A stretch of DNA of 64,000 nucleotides from Octopus sinensis (GCF_006345805.1 NC_043013.1:32984001-33048000); one strand, 5' to 3'. Shown: positions 41,836-56,965, counted from the stretch's first letter. Program-made: numbers and translations. The notes: generated from the sequence alone by a model not told the origin.

Positions 41836-43539
41836 TATGTATTGTGTATTGGATTAGTCAAAAATAATCGTATAATCTCTATAAACCATTTTTTTTATCC
41901 CAGTGAGGATCCAAAAATATTCCATTCGTTAGATAATTGTATTTTCTAAATGCAATTTTTAACTTCACCTGTAAACTTTCCCAATCATTGCTCATGCACT
42001 CTTGCGTGAAAATACTCACTCGTTCACGCGTATATATTTCTAGATATTTCGTACGTATTTATATAACGAGTTATAGATTTCCAACGACAATACATTATAA
42101 CTCTGAGTTTCATACGGTAATAATTAATTAAGTGATAATGAATCAAATAACACTAATAATATTGAAATATTGCAAAATGTAAAAAAAAATGGCAAATATA
42201 CTTCCAGTGTTGCATATTGATGTGTAAGAAATATAATAGGTGGAACTTGTAATATTTAGGTATGACAAGTATCCTTTTAAAGTTTTCTAGAACTTTCCAA
42301 TGCATATTGGTAATGATATGAACTTAAAGAGATTAGCTCCGTATGGGGGAGTAATGAAGGAAACGAAGAAGAAAATTATCAAAAAGGATAAAATGAAAAC
42401 AAATAAGAGTTATAGAGACGAGAAACAGATGGATGAAAGGCGCTAAAGAATAGATTAGTGAACGGGAATATAAATATGAAGTATTAGAACTATAAAATTT
42501 CCAAATACGAAATATAATAATTGAATAAGTTCCTAGAAATCACTAGAGGTGAAATGATTTAGCGAAAGAATTTCACCTCTACAGCTTTCTTGGACTCCTT
42601 TTATGCTACGTGTTCTTTTAAATTTTATTCGCATATTCTTTATCTTTATTCTTCATCTCCTTCCTTTTTCTGTTTTATTCCATCATTTTATCCTGTCACA
42701 ATATTTCTTTTATCCTTCGTTTTTCTGTACTTCCTTTCTCGTCACATCTCAGTAACGTAGTATTATTATATATACAGAGGTATTTATGTTTTTTAAAAAA
42801 TTTAATTAAGCAAACGCAAAACGGAAATAATAGACAGAAATTTTAAGAGTTGCGCCACTTACAATATTTCACACCCATCGCTACGCCGTCTGACGATTGT
42901 CTAATAAATTAATTAGTCTAATATGAAACACAGAGTTACAAGAAATTTCTGTTTCACTTCACTTTGTAAGAAGTCCTATAAAATATGTAACTACTGACTT
43001 TGATTTTGTTCAGGTGAGCAAAATTCACGCATGTGCGTAAGCATATGTATATACGTATGCGTGTGCGTGTTGATTAGATAGATTGACATTCACCAGTAAG
43101 AGCAAGCGGCCACCTAAGTTGCATTCATCTGAAACGGTATGTAGGTTTTTTTCCCATTTCACTTCAGTATATCAGTAAGAAATTTAGCTTTACCTTCACA
43201 AAATAGCGAAATTACTGATATTCAGTCACTCACTAACACATGTGTGTTCTGCTGGTGACATAACCGTGCAAATACATATGGTTACAGGTACAGTTATCCA
43301 ACTTCATGCTACACTGGCCTGTATATTAATACAGATGTTATACTAAGTATTATCAAAGCTTGCATGCAATTAAAAGTCTCAAAATAATGCGGAAATTTTA
43401 GCGTCTGAAAAAAAGTAAAACAAAGTCTTCGTTGCAGTCCATAATACTGTGTTTCATTGTGGCTCTTCCGTCAGGACATTAATCCAAAGGTTTCAAACTA
43501 AGCTTTTTGCCATTTTAAACCGATCCCAGAAAGAACAAT

Positions 43540-43800
43540 CTATCAGAGAAAAAAAAATGATACATTTCGTAATGTAGCGGACACTTTTCAAGACAGGAGG
43601 GTTCTCTTTCGCATTGCTGGCCACTGCGGGATAAGTAAAGAGCGACCTGTTGCTGACATTCAACTTTGGACAGCTCTCGATGGTCGAAATCGAAGTGGTC
43701 TCGCCGTGAAAATATACTTTGGTCAGTTAACAGAAAACACGGGATCACTCGGGACAAATATCGCATGGCACGGAAGTAAGAAATTTATGGTGAATTAAGG
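43540..43800 (+). pseudogene. RTE-like LINE C-terminal fragment
   Basis: DRRVLFRIAGHCGISKERPVADIQLWTALDGRNRSGLAVKIYFGQLTENTG resembles RR.RFAGHC.R....V..L.LW.P.HG...GRP...Y.DQL..DTG. Confidence 0.65.
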
Positions 43801-44064
43801 CCATTAAATTCGGAACAATCGCAAAAAGATGACCTGAAGAAAATGTGTCTCTGTATGTGTGTTTCTATGTGTGTGGTGTGTGTGTATGTGTGTGTGTATC
43901 TATGTGTGTGTGTATTCATACATACATATACACACGCACGCACATATATATATATATATATATCGGTATATATACACATATGCATATATATACATACATA
44001 TTTACACATCTCATTACCGTACCATGCGCATACAAATGCATAAGTATACATATCCCGCCACCAA

Positions 44065-44127
<63 letters not shown>

Positions 44128-44141
44128 TGTATGTATGTATG

Positions 44142-44172
<31 letters not shown>

Positions 44173-45514
44173 GAAAATGTATTCATATACACACATATGT
44201 ATGTGTAGATATATTTCTGTGTGTGAGTGTGTATATGAGATAATATAACACAAAATCTGATGAAAAGAATTGTCACAATTTTTGAATCGTCAGAAAGAAT
44301 AAGCGATGGTGTTTGTTGCAGAACCTGGAGCTCGAATCCATTCCATTAGCCGTGAGTTATCGTAATCCCAAGATGTCTTGGATAGGATTCATAGCAGAAT
44401 CTATGCTGTCTCGTTATGTTCTGATCTTCACACCTACGACAAAGTCAGGGTCAAATTGTATATTTAAAAAAACAAAAACATTTTAAGAAAAACAGAAAGA
44501 GTGTTAATACCAAGAGGTAATCTTGATCTCTAACTTAGCGTGGCGATTGTATTAGAACACCGATTATTGCGGTAGTTACCTTGAGAAGATCTATGATAAA
44601 AACTCGTGGTGCATAAAGAGATCCTCTCAAGGTAAACATATCACTGAAGGGAGATTCGGCTGTTATCGAGCTGCTGGACAAATGTTACTGAGGAATCCTT
44701 AGTAGGGTGAAATCGGGAGATCTGGCAGTTCCGGCACCCGAAGTAGATGATCCTCGTCTGTCAACAATACAATTACGAGTGCTCTCATGTATCACGCATT
44801 CTTTTGAGATCCTCTGTTAGTAAGGCAATAGTGTGTGTTCGAACACAACTTCCACGTTAAGTTAGATATCAAGATTAGCCTTTGTATATTTTTTCTCTAG
44901 TTTTGTTTTTGTATTGGCAGCATTAGTAATGTGTAACTGAAGAAAATTATATGCAAGATCGACTGATGGTCTTCTTAAAGAAAATACTCTTAACCAGGCC
45001 TGCACCTTGGAGACGAACTTTCCAAGTACAAATACATGGTTTCACAAACAACACAGGTTTCGTGGATAGTGTTATATCACCATTAACAGCTATACGATAT
45101 TGATATTCCTCGTTCGTGTACACACCCGTGCGCTGCGCATACACACTCACACACACGCTAACACGTACGTAGACACAGGCACAGATTAGCGAGTGAATAC
45201 AGACAAATAAACCCACATACATATAGAAAAACAAAGGCAGAAACTTAAGATTTAAGAGGATTTAAAGGCGTTGTAAGATGATCTTGATATATTTACCAGA
45301 GGTGTCCGAGTGAGTGGAGATTTATGCAAAGACAGTTAACATGTATCCAGAGAGTCTTCGCTGATATAACATATCCAGTGATGTAAGATGTGACACGACA
45401 TAACCATCTTATTTATATTGTGGAACATTCTTGCACAAAATGTGCTCATTCAAGCGAATGATCAATCACCAGGGTAGTATTTATATATATGTGTGTATAT
45501 ATGTATATATATAT

Positions 45515-45569
<55 letters not shown>

Positions 45570-45700
45570 CATGTGTGTATGCCTGTATGTACGTAGGTGA
45601 GTTAATGTCTATATATGTACGTATGTAATATATGCATATATATTCATATATGAGTGTGTTTATTTGTATATAAATATATGTATATACATATATATAAATT

Positions 45701-45750
<50 letters not shown>

Positions 45751-46589
45751 TAATTTATATATAAAACTACATGTACATACACACATACGCAGGCGGTACA
45801 CACATTTGTATATATTATGAGCGGTGTTGTACAATTTACTATATAATATGTATTGTGATTTTCTGATTTTCACTTCAAGCACCGGTTTTCAATTATGTTA
45901 TGTAAATATATATTACTCTACAATCTACATAAACACACACACACACACACACATACGGAAATATAGATATACTTTCATAAATATGTGTGCGCGCGTATGC
46001 GTTTGCATGTATATCTAACCGAATACGAATCTATGAACGTAACGATTGCAATAAACCTGATTTTTATAGTAAATGCTTCGGTACTTGGTATTTAAAATGA
46101 AAGGAACCTGTACGAAACTTTAAATTTTTCAATATGGTCTTTGTAAATTCTACATTAATATTCTTTGGGGTTCAAAGAATAATTATCTTTGAATAATTCT
46201 TCTTTCAAGGGAAAATTCATGGTTTTTCTTCTGTGCGTATCATAATTAAATCTGTACATAGTTCCAAGAAGTGATTAAACTATGTGAACAATGCTTTAGA
46301 GTGTATAAGTTTTTAAAATTGCTTTTTCTTTCGACGAGCCAGAAGATTGTAAATTTATTTTCTATTTCTTTGATACCCTGGAAGAATTATTTAGGATTAA
46401 ATCCATTCTTCGACGATTGAAGTCCGAAAACTATGTGGCCACGGCATTTCTCTATCGACGTCTGCTGATAATGTACCTCCCAAAGGATTTTACGCAGGCA
46501 AAAATCATAATTTAAAATGATCTCTAACTCCCAACGGCTTCATTCCCTCTAACAGCTTTATATAGATATGCCTACAACAGGCACTCCGT

Positions 46590-46890
46590 CTGTTACGACG
46601 ACAATGGCTACAGTCGATCCGATCAATGGAACAGTCGGCTCGTGAAATGAACGTTCAAGTGGCTGAGGGCTTCACAGATACGCGCACTCTTTCATAATGC
46701 AGTTCTCAGGGAGATTCACTGTAACACAGAGTGTGACAATGCCGACCCTTTGAATTACAAGTACTGCTCCTCTTTGCCAGTTGAGTGAACTGAAGCAACG
46801 AGAAATAATGTGCCTTGGTCAAAGACACACAGCACCACCTTTAATCGGCTTTACGACCACACAATCGTAAGCTGTATACCCTAACTACTA
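46590..46890 (-). mobile_element. SINE family C, diverged
   Basis: Reverse match to 3027-3334. Confidence 0.75.
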
Positions 46891-47084
46891 AGCCATGTGT
46901 CTTTTGTAGATATGCTTGTGATATACACCAGATATGCTGCACATATGAATCTTCCTTTGAAACAAATTTCTTCCAGAAATATAATTCCTCCTTGAGTTTG
47001 ATAAACTATGAATAATATTGTTACACAGGAAACTGGACGACGCTGTATAGAACTAAAGATCCCGTTTCTTCATCTAGAATAAGA

Positions 47085-47305
47085 ATTCCGAACTATAACA
47101 GCTTGGGTTTCGAGGAACCAAAACAACTCAACATTCTTGAAAATAACCTGAAAAATTTGCGAGATGTAGAAGTACAGGCCTTCAGAGAGCTTCTGGACAA
47201 ACTTCTGAGGTGCCAGATGACCCCATATAGCGGCAAGAGGCACCAAGAAGAGCAACTCGGCCCAACTTGCTACTCCACCAGAAACAGTAGTGTATCGCAC
47301 TGAAA
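47085..47305 (+). pseudogene. CR1/L2-group-like LINE 3' end
   Basis: NSLGF..PK.LNIL.NNLKNLRDVEVQAFRELLDKLL..VPDDP, same motif class as 31500-31830. Confidence 0.65.
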
Positions 47306-47395
47306 GGCGTTACAATGGCATGGCCTCGGCCTCTGTTGGTGACCTTTAAAAACAAAACGTATATATATGTATGTATATATGAAATATATGTATAT

Positions 47396-47768
47396 AGGTG
47401 CAGGAGTGAGTGTGTGGTAACTAGCTTGCTTACCAGCCACATGATTCTGGGTTTAGTCCCACTGCGTGTCATCTTGGGCAAGTGTCTTCAACTGTAGCCT
47501 CGGGGCCACTAAAGCCTTGTGAGTAGATTTGGCTAACAGAAACTGTAAGAAGCCCGTCGTATATATGGATGTATATGCTTGTGTGTCTGTGTTAGACCCG
47601 CCCCCCACCATCGCTTGACAAGTGATGTTGGTGTGTTTACGTCCCCGTAACTTAGCGGTTCGGCAAAAGAAAGCGATAGAGTAAGTACTAAGCTTACAAA
47701 GAATAAGTCCTGGGGTCGATCTCTTCCACTAAAACTCAAACGACTAAAACAAACAAAAGAATCAAAGA

Positions 47769-47770
<2 letters not shown>
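47396..47770 (+). mobile_element. SINE family A, near full length
   Basis: Matches 1185-1629. Confidence 0.85.
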
Positions 47771-47801
<31 letters not shown>

Positions 47802-47902
47802 TGTATGTATGTATGTATGTTGTATGTCTATATATATACATATATATATACATATATATATATATTATATATATATATATATAATATATATATATATATT
47901 AT

Positions 47903-47933
<31 letters not shown>

Positions 47934-48061
47934 CTATATATATATATATGTGTGTGTGTATATATATATGTATGTATATGTATACCAGAGTAAGCACATA
48001 AATGCAAAACACGGTGGGAAAAATATTACTCGAATACTAGATTACTAGATAGAGTAATACG

Positions 48062-48220
48062 CTTTATTAAAAAGCAACAGAAATATCACAAAAACTGTTA
48101 CTCAGATTTTAACGTTCCCGTTTGTCGGAGTGTTTTGTTTAGAATCTAAATGTCCTACGAACAGGAACGTGAAACTCTGAGTAACAGTTCTTGTGATATT
48201 TTTGTTGCTTTTTAATAAAG
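48062..48220. repeat. 68-bp inverted repeat with 23-bp spacer (PLE-terminus-like palindrome)
   Basis: 48062-48129 is the near-perfect reverse complement of 48153-48220. Confidence 0.85.
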
Positions 48221-48656
48221 TATATATATGTATATGTATATATATGTTGTTGTTTCTGTCTCATTTGGTCTAAAGTCGTATGACAACCACCGTTATATAT
48301 ATTTTTGTTTATTCATTACTGTTTTCAATTTCGTTTTCGTCTCTTGTATTTACATCCGTCTTGTGCGTTCACATTCCTGTCTTCTACCAAGAAATCTAAT
48401 GCTTACAGCTTAGTTTTTTTTCTTGGGGCTGGCCGAGTTGGAGCAAATATCAGAATTGAACAGCCGAAATTTGCTATGATGATTCGGTGTCTGACTGAAG
48501 ATTGAAGGCTTCGAATGATTTGTCTGTGTTCCGTGTTCGTCCCTTCCTGTATTTCACGTTCATTATATATATAAAAACATTCATTCTTATATATATATAT
48601 ATATATATACAGACAGACATTTACATGTGTGTGTGTGTGTGTGTGTGCGCGTGCGT

Positions 48657-49040
48657 GTGTGGAAGCCCAGTGGCCCAGTGGTTAGGGCAGTGGGCTCGCA
48701 GTCATAAGATCGCGGTTTCGATTCCCAGGCAGGGCGTTGTGATTGTTTATTGAGTGAAAAACGCCTAAAACTCCATGTGGTTCCGGCAGGGTGTGACGGC
48801 GAACCCTGCAGTATTTTTTCCACCACAACTTTTTCTAACTCTTTCTCCCTGTTTCTGTTCTACCTGTATTTAAAGGGGCCAGCCTTGTCACACGCTGTGT
48901 CACGCTTGAATCATCCCGAGAACTACGTTAAGGGTACACGTGCCAGTGGAGTGCTCAGCCACTTGCGCGTTAATTTCACGAGCAGGCTGTTCCGTCGATC
49001 GGATCAACTGGAACACGTATTGTCATAACCGAAACGAGTC
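48657..49040 (+). mobile_element. tRNA-derived SINE with D-type head/core and C-type 3' domain
   Basis: A-box TGGCCCAGTGG, B-box GGTTTCGATTCC; 3' part matches 3160-3334. Confidence 0.8.
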
Positions 49041-49540
49041 CCACGATATATATATCATAAACAATACAGAAAAAGAGAATTCTTGAATTCGTATATAAAT
49101 ACAACTGCCTTACTTTTAAAGCTAACATCATAGAAGTGTTTAGATATATAAGCAACGAAGTCTGTTATTTTTTTCTAAATAGAAGTTTACATAGTCTGTT
49201 TGATATATATGCGCGTGCGTATGTGCATGAGAGTATATGTGTGTGTATGTGTATATGTGTGTGTGTATGTATAAGTATGCGTATGTATGTGTATATGTGT
49301 GTGTGTATGTATAAGTATGTGTATGTATGCGTATATATATTTGTATATAGATGATGTGTATCTCTATATGTATAAATGCATATGTATATATACTAATGTA
49401 CATACAGATACACACACACGCTCACATACACGCCTATATGTATGTAGAGACCTTTCTCGAATACATATATTTATAGGTATATATGCGAATACATATACGT
49501 GAATATATACATATATGCGCATACATGCATATTTGCATAT

Positions 49541-49574
<34 letters not shown>

Positions 49575-49781
49575 CTTTTATAAACATGCTCATACATATA
49601 TACACGTATATGCATTCATATGCATGTGTGCATATTAATATGCGTATATAATCATGCGTATTATAAATATACACAACTCACATATACATCGATATGTATA
49701 TAGACGTACGTGTGTTTATCGTCTTTAAAGATATAAATATGTTCCGGTACGATACACTCAATATCCGAGCACATTACTAAG

Positions 49782-49816
<35 letters not shown>

Positions 49817-50478
49817 TATATATATATGCAAGATTGTATGTATGTATTCGCTTGTGTCTACATATATACACACATTGAACCAGATATGTACATTTTGACT
49901 GTTGGATAAGAAAAAAAAATTATAGCATATATATTTATTTGTATTTATCAGTTCAGGTGTTGATAAGAGAAGTTACGAAATCAAGTGATGCGTTGTTTTA
50001 AATATCACAAAAGCTAAGATCTTTAATGTACTATCTTTAGTAAAAATAGCCAATATTCTAGTTCCTTATTTCTTTGTCGCCCTTGATTCCAACCTTACTT
50101 AAAGACATCTTCAATGACGGTCGTTTACGGTTGCACAGAGCCGTGCGACTGCAGATCTGCCTGAGTTTTTTTTTTCTGGTGTCAATGTGATTGCGTATGT
50201 CTAGGTGTGGGGGATCTCAGCATATAGGTGTGTTAGTGTGTGTGTAGGTGTATATGTGTCTGCATATGTATGTGTGTGTAGGTGTATTTGATGTTTCTCG
50301 TTGTCAATACGTATCTATGTTTGTGTAAGTGGGTTCTGGTTTTCGTGTTGTGTAGGCGTCATATTTATACGCATTTGTTCGTGCACCCGTATCGGTCTAG
50401 AATATCTTTGTGCGCGTGTGCGAGTGTGTGTGTTAGTGTATGTGGGTGAGTGTGAACGTGTGCTTCCCAGCTCTCTCT

Positions 50479-50531
<53 letters not shown>

Positions 50532-50723
50532 TATATATATATACATATATATATACACATATATACATATATACATAAATATAGATTACATATATATTAT
50601 ATATATATAAATCTTTATGTATGTATATATGCATATATATATATATATTTATATTACTATGCTAATGACGAATGCGCATATATATATATATACGTACATA
50701 CGTACATACTTACATATATACAC

Positions 50724-50765
<42 letters not shown>

Positions 50766-51073
50766 ACAAACACACATTCGCCATATTAGCATAGTGATAT
50801 TAGAAATAATACAGAGATAGATCGAGAGGGAGAGAGAGAGAGAGAGAGAGATAGAGAACTATGTGCATGTACACAATGTAAAAAAAAATTCAACAACAAA
50901 AATATACCAAAATCGAAAGCAAACATTACAAAAATTAAAGTATTGTGAGGACAAAACGTGGAGGAAATGTGAGAATATGAATAACAATATGTGTACAAGT
51001 CTGTATATGTATGTATGTAAGTATGTAAGTATGTAAGTATGTATGTATATATATATATATGTATATATATATA

Positions 51074-51126
<53 letters not shown>

Positions 51127-51278
51127 AAGCGGATATGTGTGTAAGTGTTTTTGTGTTTGTGTGTGGTGTGTGTGTGTAAATGTGTACATAGACATATCCG
51201 TATGAAACGAATTTGTTTGTGTAAGGGGGAAAAAGATGGATGTGGAGAGAGACTTTACTGGAAGCGAAAAGTAAAATG

Positions 51279-52043
51279 TCAAATAAAAAAAAAATAAAAG
51301 AATGAGTAGAGGGGAAATATTAGGGTAGATACAAACGTGAGTAAAAGAGTTACATGTATCATATAACGATGGACATAAGGATGTATGAGAAAGAGAGAGA
51401 AGGAGAAAGGGAGAGGGTGTGAGTGAGAGAGAACAAAGAGGAAGAGGATAGAAAAAGAAGGAAAGTGAGATATAAAGAGGGTGGAGGAAGAGCGAGAAAA
51501 GAAGAGAGAGAAAGACAGGGACGGAAGGAGATATATATATATATATATATATATATGAAAAAGGGTGGATGATGAGGGGAAAATCTGTGGAAATGTTGCG
51601 GGGTCAAAAGATGGAGAAATTTGGCCTGGGAGATAATCAGAGAGAAGCATAAAATGTATTGAAGCAAACTGAAAATGTATGAGAGAGAGGGTGGTGGGTG
51701 GGGGTAAAAAGACAGAAAGAGAGAGGGTGAGGGATATAGAGGGAGGAGAAAGAGAGAGAGAGAGAGAATGGGGGAAAGAGAGAAAGAGGGCATGCGTGTG
51801 GAAATAGAGAAAGAAAGAGAGGGGGGTTAAGAGAGAGCAGGAGAGAGATATAAAGTGATAGAATTTGCAAAAAAAGTGTTGAAGTAAAAGAAATGGGATT
51901 GAAAGACGGGTAGAGAGAAGCAGAAAGAAAAAAGGGAGAAGTAGATTGAAGAAAATCAGAAATAGAAGGCGACAAATTGATGTAAAAATTTCATAAGCCG
52001 AATTCGATGGCGGGTAGAGAAAGAGAGAAATAAAGAGAAAGAA

Positions 52044-52076
<33 letters not shown>

Positions 52077-52520
52077 GGAACAGAGAGAGAGGGAAGGAGG
52101 ATATATATGCTGAAAGATAGTGAAAAATGGAGAGAATGGTTGGGAGACTAAGAAAGTGGATGGTAAAATTGATTTGGAGAAAGTTAAAATAATATTGTTG
52201 GGGGACACGCTGTTTAAAAGAAAAGTATAAGATTGTCGGAATGTTAGTAAAAAAAAGGGGAATAAAAAAACAAGTGAAAAAGAGTTAAGAAGTTAGAAAT
52301 TGATATAAATGAAACAGGGGGATATGGAAATGAAGAGAGAAAGTGAAAGTGAATGTATATAAATGTTGAAGAAAAATGGAGAAAGAAATGATATGAATGT
52401 AATTGCTGATAGGAGGAGGAAGAGGAGAGTGAAAGAACGAGGAAAAGAGAGAGAGAAAGAGAGAGAGAGAGAGGGAAAGAGAGGAAAAATGTTTGTTCGA
52501 AAGAGTGTGAGAGAGATTGT
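51279..52520. repeat. GA-rich purine low-complexity tract
   Basis: Direct reading; the 309-aa S/L/F-rich ORF is a compositional artefact. Confidence 0.85.
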
Positions 52521-52667
52521 GGATTGTGTACATTGCAGAGGTGAGAGTTAGAATTGGTAAACTTTGAGAATTCATTAAAGAATCATAAAATATACATGCA
52601 ATAATGTAAAAGCAAGAGGGTCGAGTGATCGAGCGTTTAACAGAGTGAGATAGAAAGATAGACAGAC

Positions 52668-52742
<75 letters not shown>

Positions 52743-53211
52743 CAGATAGATAGATAGAGGGAGAGGGGAATGGTTAGAGGTATATTGGAAGAGAAACAGT
52801 TAGAAAGAGCATGATGGAAAAGAGAAACATGGAGAGAGTAAAAGAGAGAGAGAGAGAGAGAAAGAAAAAGAGAGTGCAGAGGTTTTGATATAGATACACA
52901 GAGAGAAAAGTGATGTATACAAACACAATAAGATACACTCATATATATATACATGCACACACATATATGAGTGTGTATGTGTGTGTACGTGCTTGTGTTT
53001 GGGTCTCTGTGGGTATTGAGAAAACGAGGTAGAGAGAATAGGGGAATTCATATTCTGATATATATATAGATGGATAGAGAGGGAGCAATGGGTATGTTTT
53101 GAGACATTGAGACATTACAGAGTGGGTGGGAAAGAGGAGAGAGGGGAGAGAGAGAGAGAGAGAGAGGGAAAATGAGAGAGAAAGTGAGAAAGCACCTACG
53201 TGAATATATAC

Positions 53212-53242
<31 letters not shown>

Positions 53243-53625
53243 CGTGTGTGTGTGCTGAAGAGTAAAAGAATGAGAATGAGAATGAGAATGGAAAGTGAAA
53301 GATAGATGAAAATGAGTAAAGAGTGACGGTGACTGAAGTGATAGAGAGATAGTGTGATGATGGTGTTATCTATCTAAAGTAAGTGTAAAAGAAAAATCAG
53401 TGAAAGCAATAATGATATAAGCAAAACCAATAAAGAGTCACGCATGAATAGCGTTGAACAATTTTACACGCTGCTCTTCAAGAAGCTTTGATATGATTTC
53501 TTTTCAATAGTCGCTCCACCTACCAACTTCACGGTGCCCCTCACCCTACCCCCCCCCCACATTTTTGCCTTGTCTTTATATTTTCGTTCCTTCTTCCTTT
53601 CTTTCTCGCTCTTTCTCCTCTTTCA

Positions 53626-53657
<32 letters not shown>

Positions 53658-53715
53658 ATGTTTTATATCCATTTGTTGTGTTTCTCTCAGCTCCTCTTAT
53701 AAGAACGGTTACTGC

Positions 53716-53746
<31 letters not shown>

Positions 53747-53825
53747 GATGCTTCCATACATACGTGTATACATATACACACACGTATACACACACGCACA
53801 CACATATATATATATACAACCATGC

Positions 53826-53954
<129 letters not shown>

Positions 53955-54231
53955 GCTGATGTTGTTATTGTTAATGATTTCGAGGCGGCAGCGTGTGTCT
54001 ATATATTTTATATATGTTGAAAAAAAGAGAAAATTCGGGGTAGGAGTATCTCTTTTTTTTTTTTTCTTATTGTATATTTTTGCGTGTATTATTCATAGTG
54101 TTTTATATAACAAGTTTCTTTATCTGTTTGAAAAACTGGAGTTTGAGGGTGGGAGTACTCTTCGTGTTTTTCTTGCTATTTGCCTGGTGCTATTGTTTTT
54201 TTTTATCCCCCCACTGTTGTTGTTACTGCCG

Positions 54232-54275
<44 letters not shown>

Positions 54276-54990
54276 ATCGTTGCTTTATATAACGCGTTTC
54301 TGTATCTGTTATAAAATAAATACATAGATAAATAAATGAATAAATAAATAAAGGGAGAAGAGTTTGCGAAGAAGAGGTGAGTGTACGAATTATTTCGCTT
54401 GTTTATTATTGCTGTTGTTATAGATCACATTGTAGTCGTCGTAGCAGTTGGTTGTTATTGTTGCTGTTTTTCCTTCATATTTGTTTTATCTGTCAAAAAA
54501 AAAATGATGAAGAAAAAAGATATAGAAAAAAGAAAGAAAAATAAACTATCCAGGGTAGGAAAATATTTTTTGTTGCTCATGTTACAGCCGTTGTAACGTT
54601 GTTGTAGTTGTAATTATTGTTGTTTTCGCTGTTTGCTCTTTGTATTTTCTTTCCTCTTCTTATAGACGCTCTTCATATCAATGCTGACTGTTGTGGGTTA
54701 CCTTCCTCCATTTTCTGTGTGTTGTAACGTTGTACACGATGTGTGTTGTGTATTGTGAAAATGTATAAACATTGCGATAAAGAAAATCCCGAAAAGAAGA
54801 AAAAGAAAATCTCTGAATTTCTAAGGAGAGGCATTCTAGCGATCAGTAGACATAAATATATACACAGGCCTACATGAGAAAACGAGATATGTATTTATGA
54901 ATATATAATGTGCAGATGGACATACAAGTATATCACTATATCTATATATCTGTATATCTATACCTATATATTTATATATCTTTATCATCC

Positions 54991-55046
<56 letters not shown>

Positions 55047-55194
55047 GTGTACACGCACACGCACACACACACATGTATGGCAAATGAATGACGGAAGATG
55101 GAATATGCATATCCTTACACACTCACGCGAGCTTACATATTCATGTAGATCCTTGTACATATGTCCAAAACACATATAAGTATATATACTTATA

Positions 55195-55258
<64 letters not shown>

Positions 55259-55294
55259 TATATATATATATGTATATATATTTATGTATATATT

Positions 55295-55344
<50 letters not shown>

Positions 55345-55607
55345 TATATAAATATATATCTATATATGTATATAAATGTTATACATATCAGCATACACGA
55401 TTATCTATGTAACAATTTTTAACATATTGTGTTATAAAAGACACAGATCGTTTTTGTATTTTTTAAATCACATGACTGTAGATTTCATTCGACACAATTG
55501 CTTTGCCTCATATGCACACATTTATACAAGCGCACCAGAAGGTAACATTTTCGGCAAGCAAACAAATTCGCCTATATGCATCTACATCCTCATACCGACT
55601 CACAAAC

Positions 55608-55657
<50 letters not shown>

Positions 55658-55911
55658 ATGACAATAAAATATGAAAGGGAAGGCCAGCATTTGGTGACTC
55701 GCTTTCATTATTTTACACTAAAAGACGCCATCGCGAGATTGTCTCCCTTCAACTTACCTCATATTTGAGAAGAACTCATCGCAAACACAACGAATATCTC
55801 TTTCATTCTTCATTAACTCCATGATACTGTGAAACTTTCTCATCATGATCATGATCATAATGATGATCGTCATTTTTGTTTTTCCTGCTTCTCCTCTTCT
55901 TTCTTAATATT

Positions 55912-56125
55912 GGTTTCACATTTTAGCACAAAGTCAACAATTTCGGGGGAGGGGCTCAATAGCTTAATTCGATCTCAAAGCTCAACTGATACTTATTTTA
56001 TGGACCCCGAAAGGATGAAAGTTAAAGTCGACCCCGGTGGTAGTTCAATCCCGAACGTAAAGACGGCCGAAATGCCGCTAAGCATTTTGCTCGGCGTGCT
56101 ATCGATTCTGTCAAGTTGCCGCCAT
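55912..56125 (-). mobile_element. SINE family B
   Basis: Reverse match to family B. Confidence 0.8.
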
Positions 56126-56139
56126 TAATATGATTCACA

Positions 56140-56183
56140 TATCATTATTATTATTATTATTATTATCATTATTATTATTATTA

Positions 56184-56271
<88 letters not shown>

Positions 56272-56278
56272 CATTATT

Positions 56279-56310
<32 letters not shown>

Positions 56311-56342
56311 TATTATTATTATTATTATTATCATCATCATCA

Positions 56343-56376
<34 letters not shown>

Positions 56377-56451
56377 CATTATTATTATTATTATTATGAT
56401 TGTTGTTGTTGTTGTTATTATTATTATTGTTGTTGTTGTTGTTGTTATTAC

Positions 56452-56509
<58 letters not shown>

Positions 56510-56511
56510 GT
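56140..56511. repeat. (TTA)n/(TCA)n/(TTG)n array
   Basis: Direct reading. Confidence 0.95.
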
Positions 56512-56965
56512 CATTGCACAGCTTCTAACACTGGAGATATACTATGGTGTCAGCTGTTCACTACCATCTTTCGAGAACCATCCGGAGTATTGGAGCGGTT
56601 CGAAGCAGTGCTGTTCTCTGCAGCCCCTATTTGTTCAATGTACTTCTCAAGATTTTTACTCACTGCACGCAGGGCTCCGACAATTATTGGTACTACCACC
56701 ACCTTTTCCAGCGACCACAACTGCTCAACCTCCCAAGTCAACCTGTTATATCTATCGACTTTTTTCTTCCTTATAACATATCTTGTCAACTGGACATGCA
56801 ATATCTATGATGCAGCATCGTTTTCTTTCTTTCTCAATTAACGTTATGTCTAGTTTCCTATTCTCTATCTCATGGTCGCACTGAATCATAAAATCCCATA
56901 TGATCTCTGCATTATCATTTTCGATAAGGTCTTCAGGTATGCGTTCGTACCACCTCTTTGCTCTG
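56512..56965 (-). pseudogene. R4/Dong-like element copy 2, REL endonuclease and 3' end
   Basis: WYERIPEDLIENDNAEIIWDFMIQCDHEIENRKLDI..IIDIACP..KVDRYNRLTWEVEQLWSLEKVVVVPIIVGAL. Confidence 0.8.

Noticed and set aside
42985-43146. Two tiny plus-strand exon candidates ending in CAG|GTGAGC and ACG|GTATGT
   Set aside because: Such sites are expected by chance in 64 kb; peptides unrecognisable.
46300-46500. Faint gypsy integrase-like words (KILWEVHY..IEKCR) on the minus strand
   Set aside because: Second His/Cys ligands and neighbouring domains are absent.
51279-52208. 309-aa ORF, the longest in the track
   Set aside because: Reverse strand of a GA-rich low-complexity tract that lacks stop codons for compositional reasons.
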